The notes under the pieces: model-generated
Database searches by the model: none
Seen by the model: only the letters and a program-made list of their open reading frames with translations
What the model was told of the DNA's origin: nothing
DNA from: Mytilus edulis
Lineage: Eukaryota
Direction: 5' to 3'
Length of the DNA stretch: 64,000 nt
Assembly: GCF_963676685.1 (NCBI RefSeq)
Contig: NC_092354.1
Span: 22,816,001-22,880,000, forward strand
Translations under genes and position numbers: made by a program
Shown here: in pieces, positions 1-13,370 of the stretch
Position numbering within the stretch: the stretch's first letter is position 1
Layout: every line of letters starts with the position of its first letter

Positions 1-628
1 AAAATGCACTCTGAAGTGTCAAAACAGATGAAAATAAGAAATATTATATCACAGTCCAATAATTCCCCGCCGTTATTATTTTCCATGTTCAATGTTCAAT
101 AAACCTTTTTATTGTCAAAACCCTAATTTGGAATTCAATTTTAATATAAGGAACCTTGTATTTGTACTAATCCGAAAGGACGAACAATTGAATGGATGGA
201 CCGACAACCGACCGACAGGAGATACGGACGTATAGACCAGAAAATATAGTGCCCTAAAGTATCGTAGTTGGATATAAATAATGAATTTTGAATAAAATAT
301 CATATACAATTCTAAAATGATGACATTTTGAACAAGGTAAACAATTCGAACATTTCACGACTTTGCAACGGTGGTCGTATACTGAGCAGGAACTAAAAAC
401 CATTCCGAAAACATTAGTTCACTCTGTTTTTATAGAATACGTGTTGTCCGTTTGTTTTCTATGGTTTTTCTGTTAAATGAATCGCCTTTTTTTTCTTGTG
501 TTTATTTTTTATTCCTTAGGTTTATTTGAATTAAAAAAATATGGATAACAGTTAAGTGTATAAAGTGTCAATCGCGTTGACCGTTCACTAAGACAATTTT
601 TATCCAAAATCTGCTTTTAATCACTCAC

Positions 629-2858
629 CTAAACACAGTAGAGCTCTCATCTGTCCAACAAAGGTATATTAGTTCCTCAACATTCATGCTGGCCATTTCA
701 CTCAGAACCTGAGGTATGTATCTAAATCAAAAATACTAATATATAGATAAAGACTTACAAGGGCTTAAATCACTGAGCCACTGTAATTGTCATGATATTA
801 AAAACTGACAAAAACTGTTTAAAGCATTCCATAGATGTCATATTTGTCTAAGTAAAACAGCAACTATTGGTTAAACAAGCATTGTTGAGGACCGTGAAAC
901 ATATAATTTTTGTAAAGTTTCAAAAACATTCGCCTTTTGCATTACCAAGAATAAGTTTTCAGAAAATTTGACAAACCAGCTTGCATAAATGACTCTGTCT
1001 GCAATGTTTTCCATCCATTTTAAATAAAGATCGAAAATTAATCCTTCCAAATAAATAATCTGCAATGATTTGTAAAAAATCGTACAGGACTTTCATTGAA
1101 GAAAAAGACCCCAATAGCTCAAACTGATAAAAAAAATATCAAGGTGATCGTTTCGAAAAAAAAACTCAAGCAAGTGTAAACTTAATTTAATAACATTTTA
1201 CCTTATGGGCATGTCGTAGTGCACGGGTGTCCTAAAATCTGACGGTGATGGGCATTTGAATTCACATGCTACAACAGGTGTTGGAATATCTATTCCATCC
1301 ATGTTCATTTTTCCCAAGCTCCCATCTGGTGAGACTAGAATGAGGGGAGTTCCATTAGAATTAATAACATGTGCACCTTCTTCAATGTATGCTAGATTTG
1401 GATAGTAGAGAGGCAATACTTTCGTAGTCAATGTTGCTATTGCATGTATTTCTGATACTGTGCCGTGTTCCATTCGTTTGGCAGTGTCTTCTGAAATTAC
1501 TTCGGCTATTTCAATGTTTTTGACAACTTTATCAAAATGTCTTCGCTGTAGTTTTAATGAATCAAGACCTAAGCCTCCAAATATGGTACTTCCTGTTAGT
1601 TTAAGCTGTTTTCGAGCATCGAACCATTGTGGGGACCTTTGTTTTATGAATCTCAATTCATTCAGAAGACCTTCTGGTATATCTTCAACTTCCTTCAGTG
1701 AAAACATGTTTCGTTGTGAAAATATATCAATGGATTGATTCTCACTGAAAAGCTGCGATGTGCCATTTATCAATGATCCTAGGAGAAGGAGAGAACTATT
1801 GGAATCTAATAGTTTCTTTACAACGTTTCTTATTAGAAACATTTGGGCCTGTACACTGCTTATTGCATAAACATATTTAGATTTCTTCCAATCTTTTCCA
1901 CCTTCTTTCATGAACTTATTTAACGCCATTTGCTGTTTCAAAAATAACATTCTCAAATCCTTTATTCGCACAGAAACAACCTTAACAGCTCTTTCTAACT
2001 GCTCTATCTTATCTTCTGTTTTGCCGGGAACACGCTGGCATTCTACTTTTGCTAGCTCTATAATATTTAGATCATTTTGAAGGCGCTCTCTTAGTTGGGA
2101 TAGTGTTTCCTTCTCTTCATGACCAAACAGATCCTGATCCCCCCCATTCATTAGTAAGTCCAGGAGCTAGTTTTTTGCCATCAAAGCTCAATACATACGA
2201 TTTTGTTTCAGATTTTAACTCAAGAGCTTCATTTATAATACCCGGTTTCATTTCACTCGGTAAGCTGACTCCTACAGACTCGTAAGTAGCAACGCGCTTA
2301 TGAGATGGAACAGCAAAGTTAATGGAACTGTTTTCTGGACTATATTCCCCTCGTCTATTATTGCCGCCATATTCAGACTTCATTCCTGTCATAAACCTCA
2401 GAGCCTTTCCATGGAAAAGTCTGTACATTACCTTCCAGAATTTTAAACAGTCTTCTGAATATTCCATGCTGGATGTATTATCTAGAGAATACCATCTAAC
2501 AACATCAAGAAAAAGGAGGAACGCTATATTTGTTAAAGGAAATTTACCATTGTGAATAACTTTTAAGAAGTTGCAGAAATCCCCTAAAACATTTGCCGCT
2601 CTCAGCTTGCTTATGACTGTAGGTAATATTTCTGTAATTTCCTTATTTATTTTGTCGTCCGCGTGAGCATTATAGAGCTTCCTCCTAATTTTCCGCCTAT
2701 TTCCTCTCGTTTTTAATGGGGCTTTTCTCAGTTCGATACTTTTAGGTCTTTCATTGGCATCTTTGCTTTGTAAAGGTGTAACAATAGCATTTTCAATTTT
2801 TGATTTCTTTTTTGGACGATTGAGCCACAGACATGCCTTTGACTTTCTCTTTTTTGCT
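629..2858 (-). CDS. Spliced gene (runs off left edge): P-element-like transposase N-terminal part followed by coiled coil and YqaJ/lambda-exonuclease domain; one homopolymer frameshift
   Basis: ORFs 2117-2959 and 1198-2151 join across a G-run near 2140-2146 (EWG/DQDLFGHE). YqaJ motifs: QRSPQWFDARK-LTGS, HGTVSE, SPDG, EFKCP. Donor after 1202, next exon 721-629 (YIPQVLSEM...CWTDESSTVFR) in matching phase. Upstream: YSEDCLKFWKVMYRLF..NFAVPS and VLSFDGKKL. Confidence 0.75.
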
Positions 2859-2879
2859 GAAAATAACAATATAAAAACT

Positions 2880-3392
2880 ACTAGTAACCGGTGCCTTTTT
2901 TTCAGTTTATAACCGGTGCCATATATAATGTGTTTGTATAGTAACCGTAACCCTAGCAAATCATGAAGAGTCCCGTATTATTGTCCCGTGACAAATAAAA
3001 AAACACTCTTTCGCTTAATACTTTTGAAAGCTCTTAGCAAACCAATAAATGCCCCTTTTGAAATCTTTATTTCATTCAAAACAATTAGTTTTTCGTTAAA
3101 AATGAATAAATCAGTGCAAACGATAACGGGTATTTGGCATGTGTGATCTAATTTATTCATCTCGCTTTCAAAGACGAGACCTATTTTCCTTGTTAGGGGT
3201 AGACAGTATTCGTTGATAATATCTATAGTATTCCGTAAGACCAGTTTTATTATATATATACACAAATTACCTGCGCCTGTTGACGTTTCTTTGGGCTGCT
3301 CCATCCTAAATTGCCATTTTATTTCGAATAGCAACCGTAAAAGTTTCGGATAGCAACAGCGGACGCGTTTTTTTTCGAATAGCAACCGTCAA
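2880..3392. repeat. Short subterminal-type repeats (TAACCGGTGCC x2-3; TTCGAATAGCAACCGT x3), probable MITE remnant
   Basis: Motifs directly repeated at ~2885-2945 and ~3322-3390. Confidence 0.4.
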
Positions 3393-3834
3393 CGTACTAC
3401 ACCGTGAGTCAGGTAAGATTGCAGTCGACTTATCCTTTTTTTGAAGTAAGTGTATTCCACATGCATTTTTGGATATCCGTCCATAAACATCATATAGTTC
3501 TGGTGCCTTTCCATTAAACTGAAGTTAGATGTATAAGATTTCTTAATGGAATTAAAGTTGTCATCAGAGTTGGCATTAGTGTTGTAATTCAGAGAATTGT
3601 CAGTAAGAATAGGGCGATTGTTCTCAGAATGTTATTTCTTCCACCATTGCAATGAAGATATGTCCGTTGTGGCCCTTGTCAAAATAACGTTTGCATAATT
3701 GCAGATATCCATACACCTGAACATGACTTTAAAATAAAAAATTCTAAAACAACCCAAGAAAGTTTAAGTAGGCACACGATTTTAGGGTGAGTCAAGTGCA
3801 GGAAACCAACATATTTTTATGTCTGGCCTTAATT

Positions 3835-4008
3835 ACCATATCACCAATATAGTAAGTGGTCCCTTTATAGACTGGATCACACCACAGAGTTAATATTGTC
3901 TTGACAACTCCAAGCAAGACTGCATGCAACCAGTCAATAACAAATGTTCTAGGTAAATCCATATATTGCAGTACAATCAGAGCAGTGGCACCCTTAATTC
4001 AATGTATC
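3835..4008 (-). pseudogene. EnSpm/CACTA (CMC)-like transposase exon fragment
   Basis: Minus-strand translation KGATALIVLQYMDLPRTFVIDWLHAVLLGVVKTILTLW* matches the CMC motif KG..L...D.....D.MH...LGV.K; contains stops. Confidence 0.6.
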
Positions 4009-4149
4009 TGGTTTTAGAAAATAAACAAAATATTCACTGCATTTTCATTTTCATGGTGACAGCCAAGATATGCCAATTAAACAGTGTCAAAACAAACATA
4101 TTAGCGTTCTGTTTCAAAAAAATTGTTATTGTTTATATCTTTTCCAACT

Positions 4150-4840
4150 ATATGTACACATCAGAAAATCATCTTGATCAAATGACCGATTGAAGGTAAC
4201 ATCAAATAAAATTATCAAAAACGTTGTCAAAATTACAGTAAAATGTGACAAATTATCAATACACTGATGGCATGTTTGATGTATATTCTATACAATTATC
4301 TATAAAATATGGATGATTTAAGGTTTCATCTAACACAATTATCCTTAAAGTGGTTAAATCAACTGAAAAATGTAAATTTTTTTAACAAACTGTGATTGGT
4401 TCATGTTGACATTTCATACAACTGTAAGTACATATAAGAACATTATCTTTATCAAATGACCCATTTATTGTAACAGCAAATAAAATTATCCAGAAAATTG
4501 TCAAAATCACATTAAAATGTGGAAAATTATCAATGCAATGATAACAGGTTTGGTGAACATTTTATACAAATATCAATAAAATATGGTTGATTTCTCAAAT
4601 ATCAAAATAGTTGTCCAAATTACAGTCAAATGTATAATAACACATATAAAGTTGTGGTTTGTTATTGTTTTATCTGATCCAACTGTAAGTACATATCCGA
4701 AAATTATATTTATTAAATGACCGATTCGAGGTAACATAAAAAAAAAATATCCAAAAAATCGTCAAAATCACATTAAAATGTGGAAAATTATCAATGCACT
4801 GATGGCAGGTTTGGTGAACATTCTAGACAAATATTTATAG
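4150..4840 (+). repeat. Degenerate tandem repeat array
   Basis: Recurring AAATGACCGATT..GGTAACATCAAATAAAATTATC..TGTCAAAATYACA(G/T)TAAAATGTG units. Confidence 0.7.
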
Positions 4841-5819
4841 AGGCTCTTTCATGTGCATTTAGCAACTAACGTTTATCATAATCTTTATTTAAACTGAAAT
4901 CAACAAAGCCATTTTTTTTTGTATCTCTAAGAAACCTAAGAAGGTAAAAAATATTGCCAAATCCCACAACTGACTATATGACGCTCGTTCAAAGCGATAT
5001 TTGTCGGTTGAATGACTTAACAGTCCTAAAACTTGGCATTAATATCCTCATTTATAACAAGTGTAGTATTTAAAAAAAAAATATATACAGATTGATTTAA
5101 GAATCCAGAAAACAACACAAATGCATGTGCTTTTGTAGTACCAGAACTTAAAGTACAAAAAAAGGTTTATTTTTGTACAGAAATTAGGCCATTAGTTTTC
5201 CAGTTATGATGGTTTTACATTGTAATTTCGGGGCCTTTTTTATAGAAAATCCACAGCTTTAATACAGCGATGTTTGTTTAAAAATTTGAAATACAGATTA
5301 ATCACTTAATATTTTATGATTTGCTAGTGTTATTTTTTACAAAAAATTCAAACCAACCTGTAAATTGCAATATACCTCGTGATGAGTCACTCAAGTCGAG
5401 TGCACGAGGAAGACGAACAACCTCTGTTTTAACTGCTTTCAAAGATTATGAATCGGTTGATAACAGTGATCTATTGGAAGCCTAAGAGATCCAAAGTTGA
5501 AGATCTACAGTTTCAGAAGACGACATTAATCGTATTTTGATAGAAATTGCACTTAAAGACCCCAGGAAGTGAACCAGCCAGTTGAACTTACAACACAACC
5601 TTTATAAAAAGGTACATTTATATAAGATCAAACTTTTAAAGAGGGACGAAAGATACATTTCATTAAGTTGTTCTAAAGTGCAGTAAATGTGTTAAAGCTC
5701 GACATAGGCATTAGCGTACTTCATAAAATGTTTATATCTTGGTAAATTAGAAGGAGCAATAGGCTAACTATATTTAGTGATTGGAAATATATTATGATTT
5801 ATATGCCGGTTGCGCAGGT

Positions 5820-6135
5820 TTTAGTTGACCTTGACCTCATTTTACGGTTCATTACTCAGTGTTTCGAATTTATGTTTGGTCTGTTTATCTTTATATAAGC
5901 AAAAAATCACCTATATTTGTTGTATGGAAGGATTGTTAGCTGTACATGTCTGCCTGGCGTGGTTTATCTGACCTTGACTTCATTTTCATTGTTCATTGGT
6001 CAATGTTTAGTTTTCTTGGTTAATGATTAGTTTATGAACCAGTTGAAATAAAGCTTTAAATTTACAATGTAGGACTATCAACATAATATTAATGATAATT
6101 AAAGAATACGACACATTTCAGCGTGTGCACTCTTT
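5820..6135 (+). mobile_element. Helentron-associated (HINE-like) repeat fragment
   Basis: TGACCTTGACCTCATTTT units; reverse-complement relative at 30800-31350. Confidence 0.5.
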
Positions 6136-6799
6136 TTTATTTTTTATTTTTTTTGGGTGGGGTGCATTCATGTTGTTATGACACATCTCCTTCCAATTGT
6201 TGATTTATGCAATCATGTTGATGTTAATACTTTATGACAATTTATATGTTCAGCACCATCTGCATATGTGACAAAAGGCTATGAAAGGAAAATAAAAACA
6301 ACTAAAAAACCAAAACCAAGTGGTTCTCCAAAGAAAAAAAGCAATCAAAATACAGGAAAATGCGGCTGTTGAAAAGAAACTAGCAAAGACTAACGAGTTA
6401 AAAAATAATGCTATGATTGAGCATGCCAAGAAGATGCAATTTGCTTCGGTTATTATTATACAAACAATATATGTTCTATAATAAATTAAAAAATAAGAGA
6501 TGTCATATAATTTGACAAAGGACATTTTTTAGCGCATTAATAGGACATTTTAGTGAAAAATATCTAGTCTTTTTAGTCTTTTTTTAATAAAGTTAGCGTG
6601 CGAAAACTAAAAGTTTTCGGACGCCACAGACGACGACGCAAACGTCATACCATTATACGTCGAAAAAATTCCAAAAAGTTGTGCCAAATACGGCTACGGT
6701 AATCTACTCCTCGGGTAAGAAAATCCTTAGTTTTTCGAAAAATTCAAAGTTTTGTAAACAGAAAATTTATAAAAATGACCATAAGAAAGTCTTATCCAC

Positions 6800-7480
6800 A
6801 GTGGAATACTATAAATTAACAAATTTGTTGTTGAGGAGATAACTGTATCTACAGAATTATTTGATTGCAGAGTTTTATCAACTTCAGTGCCTAGATCTTT
6901 GACATTATCAAATAATACGTGTACTGGAAGTTCTCCTGATGGCTCTCCAACGTTGTTATACAGGGTGATTGACTTCAGTATTTTGATGGGACATTTTTCA
7001 AAAGATCAGTCTCCAGGAAAATGAGCAATCCAATGCTTCACCATACTAGAATGTTAGTTTCATGAGTGTATCAAAGCTTTTTCCATCTCCGACTAAAACT
7101 ATATGTTTTGTTAATGTCTTAACTTGAAATCTGTTGTATAATATATTGATCACCTTCAATACGGCGTCCCTGTCTTCTGAATGTTCATCTAATACTGCAA
7201 CAAAATTAGTTTTTGATTTCTCATTTGTATCTGGTAGAGAAAAGAAGTATTTAATGCCTTTAATATTTAAATTTGCATCAGTCAAATCTGTAAACTGCTG
7301 ACTACGAATATAGTTTAACATGTTTTTAGAAAAGAAATTCCATTTTGAATTTTCAGATTCTCAATTTCTAAATTGATTCATTTGAGATGTTTGATGTCTT
7401 TTTTAACTTTTGAAGGAGCTCCAATATTGTTGACTGGTTCATAAAAGGATTTTATCATCTGTTTAGGAATTTTCCTTCTG
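6800..7480 (-). pseudogene. Decayed DUF6589/Academ-like DDE transposase fragment
   Basis: VLDEHSEDRDAVLKVINILY..HIVLVGDGKSFDTL followed (frameshifted) by WIAHFPGD*, resembling the GD...PGxWH motif pair; stops and frameshifts. Confidence 0.5.
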
Positions 7481-7829
7481 TCCTTCGTAGTCTGCGACGT
7501 GAAGTGGTAGCCCTGCCTAGTTCAAATAAGCTCGGACTAGTTAACATACATTGCCGATAGTCCGACCGGTCTAGTGCATATCTATGTGCACTTTTTTAAA
7601 CGTTACCGTAAGCTTATGCAGACAGTTGTGTCAACGGCGATCAGACCACATCTTCTTATTTTATCATTATCTCTTAAGTTAATGTATGAGTGATTCAGTG
7701 ACAAGTAGTCTGATCAAGTTTCATGTTATTTGCAGAATTAGCAAAAAAAGGACAATAATATTTCTTATAAAGTGATCTTATAAAATAGTACATTGTATGA
7801 CTGTTAAGCCAGTCTAAAAGTAACTGATT

Positions 7830-9020
7830 TTTCTCTGTTTTCTCTGTAAATTTGACATTTTTTTTGATAATTGTAATTGATGTTACCTTAAATCGGTCAT
7901 TTGACCAAGACAGTTTTCTAAAATGTATTGATAATTGTATTTGATGTTACCTTATAATCATTGTACATAATGTAACAGCAAACCTGTTTTTGGTATTTTG
8001 ATCATTTTCATGCATTTTACTGTAAATTTGACATTTTTGGGGATAATTGTATTTGATGTTACCTTAAATCGGTCATATGATCTAGATGATTTCTAAGATG
8101 TTTTGAAAAGTGTATTTGAAGTCAACTTGAACCAACGAAACCATCATAAAATTGAAATATTTTTTAGTAATTGTATAATAATTATACATAATAAAACAGC
8201 AAACCTGTTTTGATACATTGATCATTTTCATGCATTTTACTGAAAATTTGACATTTTTTGGATAATTGTATTTGATGTTATCTTAAATCGGTCATATGGT
8301 CTAGATATTTTGTAAGAATTATTGTCAATTATATTTGAAGTCAACTTGAACCATCGAAACCTTTAATTATAAAATTGTAATATTTTTCAGTAATTGTATA
8401 ATAATTGTACATAATGCAACAGTAAACCTTTAATTTGGTATAATGATTATTTTCATGCATTTAACTGTAAATTTGACATTTTTTTATAATTGTATTTGAT
8501 GAAACCTTCATCGGTCAATTAATCAAGATAATTGTATAATATGTAATGACATTTGATGTTACCTAAAATTGGTCATTTTATCAAGACAAATTTATATGTA
8601 TTGATAATTGTATTTGATGTTATCTTAAATGGGTCATTTGATCAAAACAAATTTATTATATGTATTGATAACTGTATTTGATGTTACCTTTAATCGGTCA
8701 AATGATCAAAATGTTGTCTATGATGTATTGACAATTGAATTTGAAGTCAACTAGAACCAACGAAACCTTTATTATAAAAATGTAATATTTTTCAGTAATT
8801 GTATAATTATTGTACATAATGTAACAGTAAACCTTTTTTCTGGAATATTGATCATTTTCATGCATTTTACTGTAAATTTGACATTTTTGGGGATAATTGT
8901 ATTTGATGTTACCTTAAATCGGTCATATGATCTAGATGATTTCTAAGATGTATTGAAAATTGTATTTGAAGTCAACTTGAACCAACGAAACCTTCATCAT
9001 AAAATTGAAATATTTTTTAG
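7830..9020 (-). repeat. Tandem satellite-like array, reverse complement of the 4150-4840 family
   Basis: Repeated GATAATTGTATTTGATGTTACCTTAAATCGGTCAT (~60-bp subunits) with higher-order ~250-bp repeats. Confidence 0.85.
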
Positions 9021-10793
9021 TATAAAATAATTTATAAATGTGAAACTGCACTGACAGCGTCTGCTCGAGATTTTTGAGATCGGCTTTTTATATCGTCTGT
9101 GTATCTTTGTGAACATTAACTTATGGGTACCATTTGATATATAAGGTTAGATCAAATTATTAGACATGTTGTACAAAGAGAACTGCCAGGATGTCATCTG
9201 CTGTTTACACTTTCACAAATGGCAAATGAAAAGAAGAGAAAGCCAAATTGGACGCAAAGTGAGCTGAATGCTCTAACTGATTGTATTGCTACCAATGTAA
9301 GATTGATTAAAGGGAAGTTAAGCATGACTGTTTCTAATGATGCGAAAAACAAATGCTATGCAGAGATAACTGATAGGTACATGTACATTTACAATTCAAC
9401 TATTTACTGCAATGATTTCAGATCCCATATAAATCATTTGTCATATTCATTACACACAAATAAAAGAAACAGTGATTTCAAGAATACTCGCATATAAATT
9501 AAACCTGCCAAAGCTTACTTTCTGTGTCTTTTTTTTTTTTATCGTATCTACAACTGTACATGTATGTAATTATTATAGTCGTTTAAACAGCTAACCAGAG
9601 CTCTCGTTTTGTCTGTTATTATGTATATATATGCCGACTCGAAATAAAATTTACTTTCTTACTTATCACCCCAGTGATATTGTTTACCTTGGAGAAGAAT
9701 CTGGATTTAATTTTTTTTTTAATTAACAGTCAGAAATGATCATGTTTAAAATATCAGATAGTACACGAAACATGCTTTTTCATCATTTTAAACAACATCT
9801 TCTAATTGATTTCCAGTGTTAACTCTGTAAACCCTTCGGCAATAAAACGAGATGTGGCTGACATTAAAAAAAATGGCAGGACATTCAAAGCCTGGCAAAG
9901 AAGAAGGAGGATGCTAAGACTCCAGGTAGTCAACAAAACAGGAGGCGGACCACTACCAGAGGATACGTTAAAATCATGGAAAAAATGTGAGTAAACACAT
10001 ATATATAAGAAGATTAGGTATGATTGCCCATGAGACTAATCTAATTATTGTTTACCATTGTCTTTCTGTCAGTCCGTCATCAATTTTTCGGACAATACCT
10101 CAAAAACACTTTCACAATTTGCAAGTTACTTATAGTATGCCTAAATTTATTTCCTTGAAACTTTACATTATTGTGGGTATGATGTAGGAAGCTCACTTTT
10201 GATTTATTTGTTGTTTCAGAGTTATAGGAATTTAACAATTCAAATTGAAGGCAATATTTTATGCAAATTTTACTTATAAGAAACAATTTCTATATCATGT
10301 ATATGATTGTCCAATACTGGTGTATCAGTGCAACTGTTTATTTTGTATGTCTTGATGATGAATGTTACATGACAGTGATTTTTGTACCTTATTGACCAAT
10401 CATATGAGCTTACTCCATAATAAATACATGTACATGTATGCAAATTGTATAAGAATCATCTAACTATAACTTTTACAATTTAATTATTGAATTAGATTAT
10501 AGGAACCTTCACAAAAACAATGGTTGAAGGAATTGAGGGTGGTTTCGACACCTCAGACACTTCTGTTGAAATAAGTTGTGGTAGTGGTGCAGTTGGAGGA
10601 CAACCAAAATCAAATGGTTTGTTATTACTATAGAATTAACACATTTTAGAGGTTATTGAGGCGATTAAATCAAAAACAATCATTAATACATATGTAGGTT
10701 AATTTGTGATAGGTGAATGTCATCAATGGGAAAACACTAATACATGTACATGTAAACCAGCCTTTACACAACTCTTTATGTCTGCATGTAATC

Positions 10794-11862
10794 CTGGGGC
10801 GCATTTCTTTTACGTGAATCCGAAACATGTTTCCAAGACCATTTTTATGTTTCACCGTTTCTTTTAAGTGAAACAAAAACATGATACCGAAACATGCGAA
10901 ACATAAGTCATTATTATTAACATCATCACTATGAACAACGAACAGGACATCTCATACATTGTCATATCTCAAAAAAACTTTCTAGTTTACAATGTATCTT
11001 ATATTATTTCACCGTGTATTATCGGTGCAGCGGATATAGGTACTAACCAAGTGGGGGTGATCAATTTTTACCTGACACGTTAAGAAAATCTTTGTTTAGT
11101 TTTATCTACATTACTCTTGTCTGTCCTTCTGTCTTTCTTTCTGTCACACTTTGATTTGTAGATGTGCAATAATATAATCATGATAATATTTCAAAATTTC
11201 CATGGCAAGGACAGCAACAAAATGAAAATTATTTATGAGTTTTATTGGGTCATTTCAGATGATCATGGCTAATTAGAGAGCGTTCATGGTCCAATAGCAA
11301 CATTAATACCAGCAAGATACCACCAGTTTATTGATGGTCAAACACTAAAATCCTATGTGGCCTCCAACGAAAGAGATGCCCAAATATTTAAACAGAAAGT
11401 TGGACCTGCTGATATACCAGTAATAACCAAAAAACCCAGCAACAAAGTTTATTCACAAATAACTGATAACCTTACAGATTCAGGAAAAGATGCTATCAAT
11501 GATATCAATCCAAATTTGTTTAATTTGTTGATAGATTGGTGTCCCAATTTTGAGAGCTTTGTTTGTTCAAAACCTGTTCCAGGTAAATTACATAAAATGT
11601 AATAAATGTTGTTTTTTCTATGCAAGGTTCAGGTTAGAGATATGGATAGGATAACAGGGAAGGTTAGGGTTAAAGGTTGGTTAAGGGTAAGAGTAAGAGG
11701 TTGTGTTAGGACTAGGGTAGGGGGCTACAGTTAAAGATTAGAGGTAAAACATGTTTTGGTTTTATAAAACATTTTGTTTTGATATTACCTTAAATCATGT
11801 TTCTGATTTCAAAACATTATACTGAAACATGTTACAGATTTAGGTTAAAGAAATGCACCCAG
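10794..11862. mobile_element. TIR-bounded non-autonomous element with degenerate (GGGTTA)n-like tract
   Basis: CTGGGGCGCATTTCTTT ... AAAGAAATGCACCCAG; GAAACATG subterminal repeats; GGTTAGGG-like run at 11625-11730. Confidence 0.6.
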
Positions 11863-13059
11863 TGTAAGATATTTCAGTATGTTTGATATAGTTATATATT
11901 TTGAAGGTTTTTTATAGGCAAGAATGATAGGTATCTAGGTATAATACTGCAGTGTAAGGAAATCAACTTGTCTGTTCATTTTTTCGAAAGTGCAACTTCT
12001 TTTTAACCAGTGAATAGATTTAAACTTCATACAGATAGACAAAAAGCTGTGGTATGATTGCCAATCAGACAACTCTCCACATATAGCCCACTATATGAAT
12101 ATATATATGAAATTTGCATTGATAATTAGACTTATATTATATCAACATGACTAATGTATTATGTCCTAAGATTGAAGATGTCAAGCGTGAAAAAATAACA
12201 CATATTTTTACACATTTGTACCGCTAATTTTCAGTTTTCCACATTTTCACCTGTCATGCTTGCCAAAGACATTAATTTGATATCATATTTGTTACATAAT
12301 TAGAAAAGATGGAGGAAAAAAACAAAGGGACAGTCAAACTCATCAATCGAAAATAAACTGACAACACCATATAACCTGACCAGTTAAAGATCAAGGACTA
12401 GATTTATTTCCATTTTATTCATGACAGCCACTTTTTAAATCACGGTTACTTGATTTAGAAGTAGTAATAGCTTCAACTTTCCATCCTGTCAACTGTTAAT
12501 AGACAGTCTCATTGTGCCAATCATACCACATCTTCTTCTTTATAGGTCTACAAATCTAAATAGTTTAACCCCTTCTATTTCATTTAGGTTATAAGACTAA
12601 GCTACCAAAAATTGGCGAAAATATTTTTGGAGTAAATGAATCTATTATACAAAATTTTAATTTTTTCAAAAATGTTCTTTATTCATATTCAGACTCAATT
12701 TCAGAGAATGCTTTTTTTCTATGTGTAGTTCAACAAGACAACCTGATACAATCAGTGGATGAAATGCCAGTAGATAGAAATCCAACAGATGATTTAAATG
12801 AAGGTATTTTTGTTAAGGGTCATTTTGATATAAAGACCACCACAATTCTCATTTTTTCATGGCGTTTGGTGATTTCTTTAGACAATACAGCATTTTTTCA
12901 CACTTTTTTCTGTATTGGCCTTTTTTTGTTTCAAATCTTTAAGCTATTCTGAAACATTGCACAGTCTATTATAGTTATTAGACTATATCAGTGTCTTAGT
13001 CTATACGACTGTCCTGTGGGCAGTCCATATATCATGATAATGACCAGTTTTCGAATAAC

Positions 13060-13370
13060 TTTAACCCCGCCACATAATTTATGTATGAGCCTGTCCCAAG
13101 TCAGGAGCCTGTAATTCAGTGGTTGTCGTTTCTTCATGTGTTACATATTTGTTTTTCATTCATTTTTTTACATAAATAAGGCCGTTAGTTTTCTCGTTTG
13201 AATAGTTTTACATTGTTTTATCAGAGCTTTTTAAAGGTTACTATGCGGTATGGGCTTTGCTCATTGTTGAAGGCTGTAAGGTGACCTATAATTGTTAATG
13301 TTTGTGTCATTTTGGTCTTTTGTGGAAAGTTGTCTCATTGGCAATCATACCACAACTTCTTTTTTTATAT
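13060..13370 (+). mobile_element. Abundant SINE-like repeat (Nin-domain-like core with ...GGCAATCATACCACATCTTCTTTTT tail)
   Basis: TTAACCCCGCCACAT..CCTGTCCCAAGTCAGGAGCCT core. Same tail recurs at ~15650-15780, 23450-23615, 35425-35560, 37855-37950, 47140-47600 and 51910-52035 (-). Confidence 0.65.

Noticed and set aside
2978-3385. 135-aa ORF as a gene
   Set aside because: Lies in repeat-bounded sequence, starts at a non-ATG codon and has no recognisable motif.
7830-9020. Regularly spaced repeats as a CRISPR array
   Set aside because: Intervening sequences are themselves repeated and degenerate, the context is eukaryotic, and there are no cas genes; this is a satellite.
11625-11730. Interstitial telomere
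   Set aside because: Highly degenerate, short, and internal to a TIR-bounded element.
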